Below are positions 1-11,419 of a stretch of DNA of 64,000 nucleotides, in pieces. The translations under genes and the position numbers were made by a program. Source of the DNA: Mobula hypostoma (lineage: Eukaryota). Location: NCBI RefSeq assembly GCF_963921235.1, contig NC_086118.1:18416001-18480000 (forward strand), read 5' to 3'. The notes below the pieces were generated by a model that saw nothing but the letters and a program-made list of their open reading frames with translations, was not told where the DNA came from and did no database searches. Position 1 is the stretch's first letter. Every line of letters begins with the position of its first letter.

Positions 1-539
1 AGCTAACAACTAGCAGGGTGGTCAGGAGAAGACTAAAGGAATAAAGATGGCTACAATCTGAATTACACAGCACGTGGGTCAGACTCACTTTGTATTATGA
101 GAACTGAAATTATTACAGTGGTTCTGAAGGAGGAATAACCAGAAATGGACATTGCAAACGTCTGGTATGAGTAGCCTGCAATATTTTAGAACATGGAAAG
201 CAGGGTGATATCCTTTAGTCCATGATGATAGGCTGAACTATTAAAGCTAATGACACTTAATCCATTCAGCTGGCCAGTAGAGTTATAGAGCAACACAGCA
301 CTGATCCTTCATCCCCACTGCATGACTTTGGAGCCATAGGAGGGAACTGAAGCACCCAGGAGAAACCTATGTAGCCGCAGTGATTCTCTGCACAATTATG
401 CACGGAACTAATAGCCTCTAAAATACCTCTACTGTATCTAACTCCACCAGCACCACCACTAATGCGGGAGTGTTATAGGCACCTACCACTCTCTTGTGAA
501 ATAATCTTGCCCTACCTGTCTTTTTTGAACTGTTTACAA

Positions 540-652
540 AACATTGACTGTTTACTCTTTTCCATAGATGCTACCTGGCTTGCTCAGTTCCTCCAGCATT
601 CTGTGTGTGTTGCTTTGGATTTCCAGCAGCTGCAGATTTTCTTGTGTTTGTG
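540..652 (+). mobile_element. PLE 3'-repeat fragment
   Basis: acattgactg...tagatgctacctggcttgctcagttcctccagc...gatttccagcagctgcagattttcttgtgttt is homologous to the tail at 1329-1430 (reverse complement). Confidence 0.7.
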
Positions 653-654
653 AG

Positions 655-950
655 ATCAGGAAGAGGGCTTCCGCTTCTTCCCCTCTGTTATCCGACTGCT
701 GAATGGACATTGAATCCACAAACACTACCTCACTACTTTTTTTAGTTCTATATTTGCACTACTAATTTAATGTAACTATTTAATTAATTTAAAGTATACC
801 TACTGTAATAAGTATTTACATCGTAATTATATATATTTATTGTAATTCATGTTTTCCTCTATTATTATATATTGCATTGTACTGCTGGGGCAAAGCCAAC
901 AAATTTCATGACATATGACAGTGATATTAAACCTGATTCTCATTCTGAGA
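655..950 (+). mobile_element. Rex1/Babar-type LINE 3' end
   Basis: ttcttcccctctgttatccgactgctgaatggac...aacaaatttcatgacatatgacagtgatattaaacctgattct, matching the tail at 40920-41140. Confidence 0.55.
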
Positions 951-1427
951 GCTAATGTATACATATGAGCATGAAGGTATTAGATCTATAATTTCCAATG
1001 ACATATGACGAAAGATGGAAAAAGCAGATCTTTGTGACATTGTTTGTACATTAATCAATTATAATGTAGGTGCAGAGATATTTTCAATCAGTACGGGATG
1101 TGCTGGAATAATGTTTGATTTTATCCAGATCAGTAGAAAATGCTTGGCCATTTATATTGACATAGCTGCCATTTCTAAGTCTTGTTTTTTAAACTGATCC
1201 AAGTCTCACAGTTTACAAATCCTGGTATAAAATGTGGCATGCTGTGAAATCTATGTGAATTGGTGTAAGACCATTTTTTAACAGTCATGCAAGCTCTTTC
1301 ACAAGGAACCAACCATGCAACAATTTACGCAAACAACAGGAATTCTGCAGATGCTGGAAATTCAAGCAACATACATCAAAGTTGCTGGTGAACGCAGCAG
1401 GCCAAGCAGCATCTGTAGAAAGAGGTG

Positions 1428-1465
1428 CAGTCGACGTTTCAGGCCGAGACCCTTCGTCAGGACTA
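1428..1465 (-). ncRNA. Minimal type I hammerhead ribozyme motif (left-arm copy)
   Basis: Exact reverse complement of 6800-6837. Confidence 0.8.
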
Positions 1466-1759
1466 ACTGTAGGAAGAGTGAGTAAGGGATTTGAAAGTTG
1501 GAGGGGGAGGGGGAGATCCAAAATGATAGAAGAAGACAGGAGGGGGAGGGATAGAGCCGAGAGCTGGACAGGTGATATGCAGAAGGGGATACGAGAGGAT
1601 CATGGGACAGGAGGTCCAGGAAGAAAGATGGGGGGGGGGATGACCCAGAGGATGGGCAAGAGGTATATTCGGAGGGACAGAGGGAGAAAAAGGAGAGTGA
1701 GAGAAAGAATGTGTGCATAAAAATGAGTAACAGATGGGGTACGAGGGGGAGGTGGGGCC

Positions 1760-3986
1760 TTAGCGGAAGTTAGAGAAGTCGATGTTCATGCCATCAGGTT
1801 GGAGGCTACCCAGACGGAATATAAGGTGTTGTTCCTCCAACCTGAGTTTGGCTTCATCTTTACAGTAGAGGAGGCCGTGGATAGACATGTCAGAATGGGA
1901 ATGGGATGTGGAATTAAAATGTGTGGCCACTGGGAGATCCTGCTTTCTCTGGCGGACAGAGCGTAGATGTTCAGCAAAGCGGTCTCCCAGTCTGCGTCGG
2001 GATCTCGCCAATATATAAAAGGCCACATCGGGAGCACCGGACGCAGTATATCACCCCAGACAACTCACAGGTGAAGTATCGCCTCACCTGGAAGGACTGT
2101 TTGGGGCCCTGAATGGTGGTAAGGGAGGAAGTGTAAGGGTATGTGTAGCACTTGTTCCGCTTACACGGATAAGTGCCAGGAGGGAGATCAGTGGGGAGGG
2201 ATGGGGGGGGACGAATGGACAAGGGAGTTGTGTAGGGAGCGACCCCGGCGGAATGCAGAGAGAGGGGGGAAGGGAAAGATGTGCTTAGTGGTGGGATCCC
2301 GTTGGAGGTGGCGGAAGTTACGGAGAATAATATGTTGGACCCGGAGTAGGTGAGGACCAGGGGAACCCTATTCCTAGTGGGGTGGTGGGAGGATGGATTG
2401 AGAGCAGATGTACGTGAAATGGGGGAGATGCGTTTAAGAGCAGAGTTGATAGTGGAGGAAGGGAAGCCCCTTTCTTTAAAAAAGGAAGACATCTCCCTCG
2501 TCCCAGAATGGAAAGCCTCATCCTGAGAGCAGATGCGGCGGAGAGGGAGGAATTGCGAGAAGGGGATGGCGTTTTTGCAAGAGACAGGGTGAGAAGAGGA
2601 ATAGTCCAGATAGCTGTGAGAGTCAGTAGGCTTATAGTAGACATCAGTGGATAAGCTGTCTCCAGAGACAGAGACAGCAAGATCTAGAAAGGGGAGGGAG
2701 GTGTCGGAAATGGACCAGGTAAACTTGAGAGCAGGGTGAAAGTTGGAGGCAAAGTTAATAAAGTCAACGAGTTCTGCATGCGTGCAGGAAGCAGCGCCAA
2801 TGCAGTCGTCGATGTAGCGAAGGAAAAGTGGGGGACAGATACCAGAATAGGCACGGAACATAGATTGTTCCACAAACCCAACAAAAAGGCAGGCATAGCT
2901 AGGACCCATACGGGTGCCCATAGCTACACCTTTAGTTTGGAGGAAGTGGGAGGAACCAAAGGAGAAATTATTAAGAGTAAGGACTAATTCCGCTAGACGG
3001 AGCGGAGTGGTGGTAGAGGGGAACTGATTAGGTCTGGAATCCAAAAAGAAGCGCAGAGCTTTGAGACCTTCCTGATGGGGGATGGAAGTATATAAGGACT
3101 GGACATCCATGGTGAAAATAAAGCGGTGGGGGCCAGGGAACTTAAAATCATCGAAAAGTTTAAGAGCGTGAGAAGTGTCACGAACATAGGTCGGAAGGGA
3201 TTGAACAAGGGGTGATAAAACAGTGTCGAGGTATGCAGAAACGAGTTCGGTGGGGCAGGAGCAAACTGAGACAATAGGTCGGCCAGGACAGGCAGGTTTG
3301 TGGATCTTGGGTAGGAGGTAGAAGGGGAAGTGCGGGGTGTGGGAACTATAAGGTTGGTAGCAGTGGATGGGAGATCCCCTGAGCGGATAAAGTCGTTGAT
3401 AGTGTAGGAGACAATGGCCTGGTTCCTTAGTGGGGTCACGATCGAGGGGTAAATATGAGGAGGTATCCGCGAGTTGTCGCTGTGCCTCGGCAAGGTAGAG
3501 GTCAGTACGCCAGACTACAACAGCAGCCCCCTTATCGGCGGGTTTAATAATAAGGTTAGGATTAGTGCGGAGGGAGTGGAGAGCAGAGCGTTCTGAAGGA
3601 GTGAGGTTGGAATGGGGACAAGATGCGGTGAAGTCGAGACGGTTGATGTCCCGTCGGCAGTTGGCAATAAAGAGATCCAGGGCAGGCAGAAGACCAGAGC
3701 GGGGTGTCCATGAAGAAGAGGAGGGTTGAAGACGGGAGAAGGGGTCATCGGTGGGGGTGGAAGAGTCCTTGCCGAAGAAGTAGGCTCGGAGACGGAGACG
3801 GCGGAAGAAAAGTTCCGCATCATGGCGAACACGGAACTCGCTGAGGTGTGGGCGAAGGGGGACAAAGGTGAGGCCCTTACTGAGAACAGAGCGTTCTGCC
3901 TCCGACAGTTGAAGGTCGGAGGGGATGGTAAAGACCCGGCACGGATGAGAGCTGGGATCAGAGGGGGGACGGGGGAGGCTGGGTGT
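1760..3986 (-). pseudogene. PLE RT + GIY-YIG ORF, 5'-truncated, several frameshifts (left arm)
   Basis: Same motifs as the right arm (ORFs 1971-4016 and 1760-2026). Small deletions near 3423, 3322 and 2345 relative to the right arm. Confidence 0.92.
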
Positions 3987-3987
3987 T

Positions 3988-6505
3988 CCTGCCATTGATC
4001 TCGGCGGCTCCAACACCTCAGGACATATTCAAAACCCGGACTCCAGCAACGACCATGGACACCTTCACAGCGATCGCGCAACCACCAACTGTGACTCCAG
4101 CCTTGAACTCCAGGCCGGGTCTTTATGTGCTGCTGTTGTGACTCCCGTCTCCCCTTCCCCCACCACCACTCCGCAGCCCCGTCTTCCTCAGATCCCACCG
4201 TCAGCTCCTGGGCCCTCAGAGGCTCCATCTTCCTCTCACCCCAACCCTCCCCTCTCCATTGACACCCCCAGCCTCCCCCCTCCCCCCTCTGATCCCAGCT
4301 CTCATCCGTGCCGGGTCTTTACCATCCCCTCCGACCTTCATCTGTCGGAGGCAGAACGCTCTGTTCTCAGTAAGGGCCTCACCTTTGTCCCCCTTCGCCC
4401 ACACCTCAGCGAGTTCCGTGTTCGCCACGATGCGGAACTTTTCTTCCGCCGTCTCCGTCTCCGAGCCTACTTCTTCGGCAAGGACTCTTCCACCCCCACC
4501 GATGACCCCTTCTCCCGTCTTCAACCCTCCTCTTCTTCATGGACACCCTGCTCTGGTCTTCTGCCTGCTCTGGATCTCTTTATCACTAACTGCCGACGGG
4601 ACATCAACCGTCTCGACTTCACCGCACCTTGTCCCCATTCCAACCTCACTCCTTCGGAACGCTCTGCTCTCCACTCCCTCCGCACTAATCCTAACCTTAT
4701 TATTAAACCCGCCGATAAGGGGGGTGCTGTTGTAGTCTGGCGTACTGACCTCTACCTTGCCGAGGCACAGCGACAACTCGCGGATACCTCCTCTTATTTA
4801 CCCCTCGATCATGACCCCAGTAAGGAGCACCAGGCCATTGTCTCCCACACCATCACCGACTTTATCCGCTCAGGGGATCTCCCATCCACTGCTACCAACC
4901 TTATAGTTCCCACACCCCGCACTTCCCCTTTCTACCTCCTACCCAAGATCCACAAACCTGCCTGTCCTGGCCGACCTATTGTCTCAGTTTGCTCCTGCCC
5001 CACTGAACTCGTTTCTGCATACCTCGACACTGTTTTATCACCCCTTGTTCAATCCCTTCTGACCTATGTTCGTGACACTTCTCACGCTCTTAAACTTTTC
5101 GATGATTTTAAGTTCCCTGGCCCCCACCGCTTTATTTTCACCATGGATGTCCAGTCCTTATATACTTCCATCCCCCATCAGGAAGGTCTCAAAGCTCTCC
5201 GCTTCTTTTTGGATTCCAGACCTAATCAGTTCCCCTCTACCACCACTCTGCTCCGTCTAGCGGAATTAGTCCTTACTCTTAATAATTTCTCCTTTTGCTC
5301 CTCCTATTTCCTCCAAACTAAAGGTGTAGCTATGGGCACCCGTATGGATCCTAGCTATGCCTGCCTTTTTGTTGGGTTTGTGGAACAATCTATGTTCTGT
5401 GCCTATTCTGGTATCTGTCCCCCACTTTTCCTTCGCTACATCGACGACTGCATTGGCGCTGTTTCCTGCACGCATGCAGAACTCGTTGACTTTATTAACT
5501 TTGCCTCCAACTTTCACCCTGCCCTCAAGTTTACCTGGTCCATTTCCGACACCTCGCTCCCCTTTCTAGATCTTTCTGGCTCTGTCTCTGGAGACAGCTT
5601 ATCCACTGATGTCTACTATAAGCCTACTGACTCTCACAGCTATCTGGACTATTCCTCTTCTCACCCTGTCTCTTGCAAAAACGCCATCCCCTTCTCGCAA
5701 TTCCTCCGTCTCCGCTGCATCTGCTCTCAGGATGAGGCTTTTCATTCTAGGACGAGGGAGATGTCTTCCTTTTTTAAAGAAAGGGGCTTCCCTTCCTCCA
5801 CTATCAACTCTGCTCTTAAACGCATCTCCCCCATTTCACGTACATCTGCTCTCAATCCATCCTCCCACCACCCCACTAGGAATAGGGTTCCCCTGGTCCT
5901 CACCTACCACCCCACCAGCCTCCGGGTCCAACATATTATTCTCCGTAACTTCCGCCACCTCCAACGGGATCCCACCACTAAGCACATCTTTCCCTTCCCC
6001 CCTCTCTCTGCATTCCGCAGGGGTCGCTCCCTACACAACTCCCTTGTCCATTCGTCCCCCCCATCCCTCCCCACTGATCTCCCTCCTGGCACTTATCCGT
6101 GTAAGCGGAACAAGTGCTACACATACCCTTACACTTCCTCCCTTACCACCATTCAGGGCCCCAAACAGTCCTTCCAGGTGAGGCGATACTTCACCTGTGA
6201 GTCGTCTGGGGTGATATACTGCGTCCGGTGCTCCCGATGTGGCCTTTTATATATTGGCGAGATCCCGACGCAGACTGGGAGACCGCTTTGCTGAACATCT
6301 ACGCTCTGTCCGCCAGAGAAAGCAGGATCTCCCAGTGGCCACACATTTTAATTCCACATCCCATTCCCATTCTGACATGTCTATCCACGGCCTCCTCTAC
6401 TGTAAAGATGAAGCCACACTCAGGTTGGAGGAACAACACCTTATATTCCGTCTGGGTAGCCTCCAACCTGATGGCATGAACATCGACTTCTCTAACTTCC
6501 GCTAA
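3988..6505 (+). pseudogene. PLE RT + GIY-YIG endonuclease ORF, 5'-truncated, one frameshift (right arm)
   Basis: RT motifs KPADKG, YLLPKIHK, GRPIVS, DVQSLYTSIP, GVAMG, RYIDD, FLDL, YYKPT. Cys-rich linker PCKRNKCYT. GIY-YIG VIYCVRCSRCGLLYIGE, then a frameshift near 6263 into RRRLGDRFAEH...PDGMNIDF*. The frame is open from 3988. Confidence 0.93.
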
Positions 6506-6799
6506 GGCCCCACCTCCCCCTCGTACCCCATCTGTTACTCATTTTTATGCACACATTCTTTCTCTCTCTCTCCTTTTTCTCCCTCTGTCCCTCTGAATAT
6601 ACCTCTTGCCCATCCTCTGGGTCACCCCCCGCCTTGTCTTTCTTCCTGGACTTCCTGTCCCATGATCCTCTCGTATCCCCTTCTGCATATCACCTGTCCA
6701 GCTCTCGGCTCTATCCCTCCCCCTCCTGTCTTCTCCTATCATTTTGCATCTCCCCCTCCCCCTCCAGCTTTCAAATCCCTTACTCACTCTTCCTTCAGT

Positions 6800-6837
6800 T
6801 AGTCCTGACGAAGGGTCTCGGCCTGAAACGTCGACTG
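6800..6837 (+). ncRNA. Minimal type I hammerhead ribozyme motif in the PLE 3' repeat
   Basis: tAGTC-CTGACGA-aGGG-tctcgg-CCT-GAAA-CG-TC-GACTg: stem I AGTC/GACT, core CUGANGA and GAAA, short stem II, palindromic ACGT replacing stem III. Predicted cut after GUC at 6832. Confidence 0.8.
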
Positions 6838-8339
6838 CACCTCTTCCTACAGATGCTGCTTGGCCTGCTGCGTTCACCAGCAACTTTGATGTATGATGCA
6901 ACAATTTACAGTCATTTCCACTGAGATAAAACAACCCAGGTAAGAATTACTAAGATGCAGCTTTCCCATCAGGAATCTCAAAATTCTAACAACCAGTTGT
7001 CTCCAAAACTTGCTTGAATTCAGTTCCTTAACTGGTGCTGGTATCAATGAGAGGCTGTCGCTCAGCGAAGGTGCGTAATTAACATTAATCAGGATTTATT
7101 GACCTTCCACCTACCTGTGCATTTACAACCCAGAATCAGCTCACAGTATTTACTGACATGCTATTTTCTATTTGACAGTGATAGCAATCATGGGCTGTAG
7201 CAACAAAAAGTATCACAATAGTCTCAACATTTACTCTGACTCTGATAAAAGCTATCAAGGTAAAGGAAATGTTGTAAATTGGATACTGAGTGGACTGCAT
7301 GATGAGCAACAAAGGGCAAGGATTATTGTAGTATTATGCTTCTCATTGGACAGTGAAAGACTGCCACATTAAGTCTTAATAGACTGACCTGCAACTGGGC
7401 TGTTGCAAATCTAAGAGATAAATAAACTGGTTTAATTCGGTAAAATTTAAATTAAAGACTTGTTTTCGCTTTATCCTGTTCTGATTCAGCTGGTTTGTCA
7501 ATGGCATTGCGTTCGTCATATGGTGAAATGTGAGAAAGTTCACTGTTGATTGTCCAACATTTTAAATCATTTGTAACTTCTAATACAATGACCATACCAA
7601 TATCAGAATCAGTTAACAATTGGCAATTGATAGACCATTTCCAACAAGAGAGAATCACATATTTCGTGTTATCGAGTTCCGCGATTACTAACTTACCAAA
7701 AACCCAACTGGACTAGTCCTATAAATACTGTGCCTATAAGAGCTGGGTAGAAGAAACCTGAGTGGCTTTTGCTGATTTTGAAACTCTTATTCCTGGTTCA
7801 ATATTTCACAGCATGAGAAATATCCCCTCAGTCCTTCGCTTTTTTTGAGCTCTGATTGTGGGATAGATTGACTAGGAGAAATTTGCATATCAGAGGTTTT
7901 GTGCTTGGCATGCAGTTCAGGTTGAGAGCAAGTCAATAAATAATAAGTCTGAGGAAAATGAAGAATTCAATACTTTGTACATTGTAACCTATCAATTTCT
8001 AGTATTGCACCAAATGAAGGAAGGCTAGAGGGCGGGGGATAATTGGATGCTGGGTCTCAAACATAATTTAGATCCAATTTTAAATTCAAACAGCCCATGC
8101 ATAATTAAATGTTATTGCTACAGAACTGAAATACTCTAAATTAAATAAAGAAGTGAGGAGATTTAAAACTATCTTTGACATGTGCCTATATTTTCAACAT
8201 GTTACATTTCTCAAGGAGTTGCCTTTGAAATCCGTAGGATTGTCTGTAGACAGAAACTGAGAGTGGATAACATATTCTGTTTTTCTTGATGCATTTAGGT
8301 AATTATCAGAGGGTGATAATTGGACCCAGGAAGAGAAGT

Positions 8340-10370
8340 GACCTCAGAGGAGTGAGAATGCTTTGTGGTTAGTAATTATTTAGTGGTCCAGTGAGTCAAT
8401 CTTCCATGCTGTAATGAATTGTGAGGGGCAAGAGGAAAAAATGATTAGAGACGAGAAAGTTGTTAAAGGGAGGTATGGTAGAGCAGAGAGCATTACTAGC
8501 AGGGGAAGAGAAGGAAGGCAACAGGAAGATTTTGTGAAGGTCAAAGCCCCTGTGTTTCTGTTTAGTTGGTGACAGGATCTGACCATTTTCTTCTGGGGAA
8601 TATAGAAAACTGTTCATTCCAGTTACTACTTGCATCATGGTTTCTTCCTGTCTTAATGAAAGATTTTACGTTTGCCAAGGGATATAAAGGGTTTAAGAAT
8701 AGGCTTGTCTCCCCTTTTGCTGGGGAAGAAGCGATATCTGTCTCTCCTGTTAGTGAGAGAGAGAGAGAGAGAGAGAGAGCCTGTGGGATGCTGAAATGCT
8801 GGAATGGACCATGGACCATTAGCTTTTGATGTACAGACCATGATCTCTCTTTGGGGCTTTGCTGTTGGGTGGTGGGAATGCTGATCTTTTATGCTAAATA
8901 AATAGGGGGAGGAGAGGGGGACGTATTTTTCTTCTGTTTTGAGGATGTCTGTGGAGAGTGAGAATTTCAGGTTGTAGATTGCATACATTCTCTGATATTA
9001 AATGGAACTATTAAACTATTGAAGAGAGAAATCTGGAGAGCAAAAAGAGGGTATGAGATGGATGCCAGATAAGATTAAAGTTAATCCAAAGAGGGTTTTC
9101 AGTTACTGTATATATCCAGTAAAGAGGTGAATAGGGACAGGCTAGGTCCTCTTAAAAGACCATCTGGACAGACCATATGTGGTGTGGCAGGAGATGGCTG
9201 AGGTTTGTAATATCTATTTCTCATCAGTGGCAACTAAGGGGAATATCATGGATACCAGTGAAATGAGGGCAATAAATACTGAGGTCTTGGAACATATGTA
9301 TATCACAAGGAAGTAGGTATTTGTAGACCTAAACAACATCAATCTTGGCAAATCCCTAGGTCCTAACCAAGTGTACACTTGAATCTTATGGAAGGCCAGG
9401 AAAGATATCACAGGGTTCTTGTCGAGACATTTGCTGCTGATGAAGTTCCAGTAAACGAGATGATGGCTAATGTTCCGCGATGTATTTGTCTATGAAGTGT
9501 AGCAAGGACAGGCCAGGAAACTACAGGGAACTCATTTATAGGAAAGTTACTGGATGAAATTCTGAAGGGCAGGAACTACCATCACTTGGATAGACAAGGC
9601 CTGATCAGGAATAGTCAGCATGGTTTTATGCGTGGGAGGTGTTCTGATGAATCTTTTGGGGTCTTTTGAAGAGGTTTCTATATAGACTTTAGTAAAGCTT
9701 TTGACAAGGTCTTGCAAGGTAGGCTGATCTGGAATGTTAGTTTGCATGGAATTCAGAGAGGGCTAGCGAGGTGGATTCAAATTAGCTTGGTAATAGGAAG
9801 CAGAGATTGAAGTTCGCTTCTCTGACTGGAGGCCTGTGACCAGTGGGGTGCCAGTGTTAAGACCACTGTTTTTCTTTATTTTTGTAAATAAGTTAGAAGC
9901 GACCATACATGGCGCAAATATGGATCTTTATTCCCTGGTGTGCAGAAGCAACGACTTCAGAGAAATTTATAAAACCACGCGAGATATAGCTGAGATGGAA
10001 AGTCATAAGTCTTTCCCCCAGGGTTGGGCGGTCCAAAGTGAGAGGCCACAATACAAGATAAAAGGGGAGATATTTAAAAGAGACCTGAGATGTAACTTAT
10101 TTAAAACAGATGGTAGTGAGTACCTGGAATGAGCATCCAGAGGAAGAGGTCGAGGAGGGGACATTTGCAACATTTAAGAGGTATTTGGACAGGTCTCTGG
10201 AGGGTTTGAAGGGTTATGGACTGAATGCGGGCAATTGGAACTAGCATTTGGATATGTATATGGAGGGTTTGGAGGGTTATGGACTGAATACGGGCAATTG
10301 GAACTGGGAGGGTGCTGTGGTTGGCATCGACAGTTGGTCCAAAGTGCCTGTTTCTGTGCTGTATCGCACC
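8340..10370 (+). mobile_element. Highly degenerate CR1 LINE (endonuclease to 3' end) with an internal insertion at ~8700-9020
   Basis: Remnants of [12 protein letters not shown] (gactttagtaaagcttttgacaagg) and VTSGVP (gtgaccagtggggtgcc), plus a CR1 3' end cctgtttctgtgctgta. Confidence 0.75.
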
Positions 10371-10694
10371 TTTCATCTCATCCTCGATAAATTTTGCCTT
10401 TCCTTCTCACTGCACATTTCTCTGCCTGAGATGAACCATCTGTCCTTTATTCACTCATATTTAAATAGAAGCCAGGAGGCCACTGTCCTATCAAATTTAC
10501 ACTGGCTTTCAGAGTACTCCCATCAGTCTCATTGCCCCACTTAATTCCCTGTCACCTATGCTTCTTCAGCACCCACCCTCCAGTTCTCTCGCCACCCACG
10601 TGCTCTGGGTGTCATTTACAGATGCCAATTAAACTAGCAGTCATCAGGTCAGGTCACTGGTCTGAGTACTACAGGTACTATGTAACCCAGTACT

Positions 10695-11092
10695 ACCTGT
10701 CGCATGGTCGGGTGGTCGGCGACTGAACCGGCTCCCCCACCAGGCTTGCCTGGTGAGGAGGGTGGCTAGACACCCTGCAGGACGAAAAACAAGACTGGTC
10801 AAAGGGCGGATGAACCCTTTCGTAGGCTCGACAGCCATCTAGCAAACATGTGCCGTGAAGCGCCGAAAGGGCATCCCTTGCATCGAAGCTTGGTCTGGCC
10901 ATTCACTGCAAAATAACTTCCCCCAGCCATCTTGGACCCCACCATGCCGCTAGATCTGGGAGGGGATGTCAAGAGGGTGGGTCTGGACCTGTGCAACCCC
11001 CTACTCACCTAAAATCCACTCACACACATGCTGTTCTTTTCTGAGGAGTGGGGTCAACTCCACTAACTGACCTAAAGGAACCATCATCATCC
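10695..11092 (+). mobile_element. Short non-autonomous retroelement, probably RTE-derived, with (ATC)n tail
   Basis: GC/CpG-rich block ending in ccatcatcatc. Contains gagggtgggtctggacctgtgcaaccccctactcacctaaaa, resembling the RTE 5'-UTR motif. Confidence 0.45.
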
Positions 11093-11419
11093 TATGGGAT
11101 GGATAGCCAGAGAAAGAGAGTGCAATCATCACATCTTTGTGTAATGGAGGAGGAAACCCCTATTATCACAGGCAGAATATGCAAACTCTGTACTACACAC
11201 ACGCACTCCATTTGAAAAACTGGCTCCAATAGAACTGGATTTCTTAAGAACAGTAAGTACTTTGCTCGAGTGACTGAGATTGGATTCTTACCCAGCATGT
11301 TTTGAGTGAAATATTAAACCCAGGTTCTGTCTGCCTCTAAAGTCAGAATAAAAGGAGTAAGTGCTGGCTCCATTCAGCAGGTCAGGCAGCATCTTATTTA
11401 GCTATATCTACCATTAAAC

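Larger units (their letters stand above)
1329..6895. mobile_element. Tail-out inverted dimer of a Penelope-like element (Neptune-type), single insertion
   Basis: 1329-3986 is the reverse complement of ~4262-6895 plus a ~40-nt extra tail. The direct repeat ATGCAACAATTTAC lies at 1315-1328 and 6896-6909. Confidence 0.93.

Noticed and set aside
3515..6181. Many overlapping 70-240 aa ORFs in alternative frames or antisense
   Set aside because: Shadow frames of the C-rich, stop-poor PLE ORF with no independent motifs.
1329..6895. Inverted PLE pair as an assembly fold-back artefact or two divergent host genes
   Set aside because: The arms differ by many substitutions and indels, have different ends and share one external 14-bp TSD. 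The proteins are 5'-truncated PLE RT-endonuclease.
10198..10306. Direct repeat of ~45 bp, superficially repeat-spacer-like
   Set aside because: Only two copies inside a CR1 3' end; a local duplication, not a CRISPR array.
10705..10790. HDV-like ribozyme at the 5' end of the RTE-like element
   Set aside because: I could not assign P1/P2/P3 and the J4/2 cytosine by eye, so it is left only as a testable idea.
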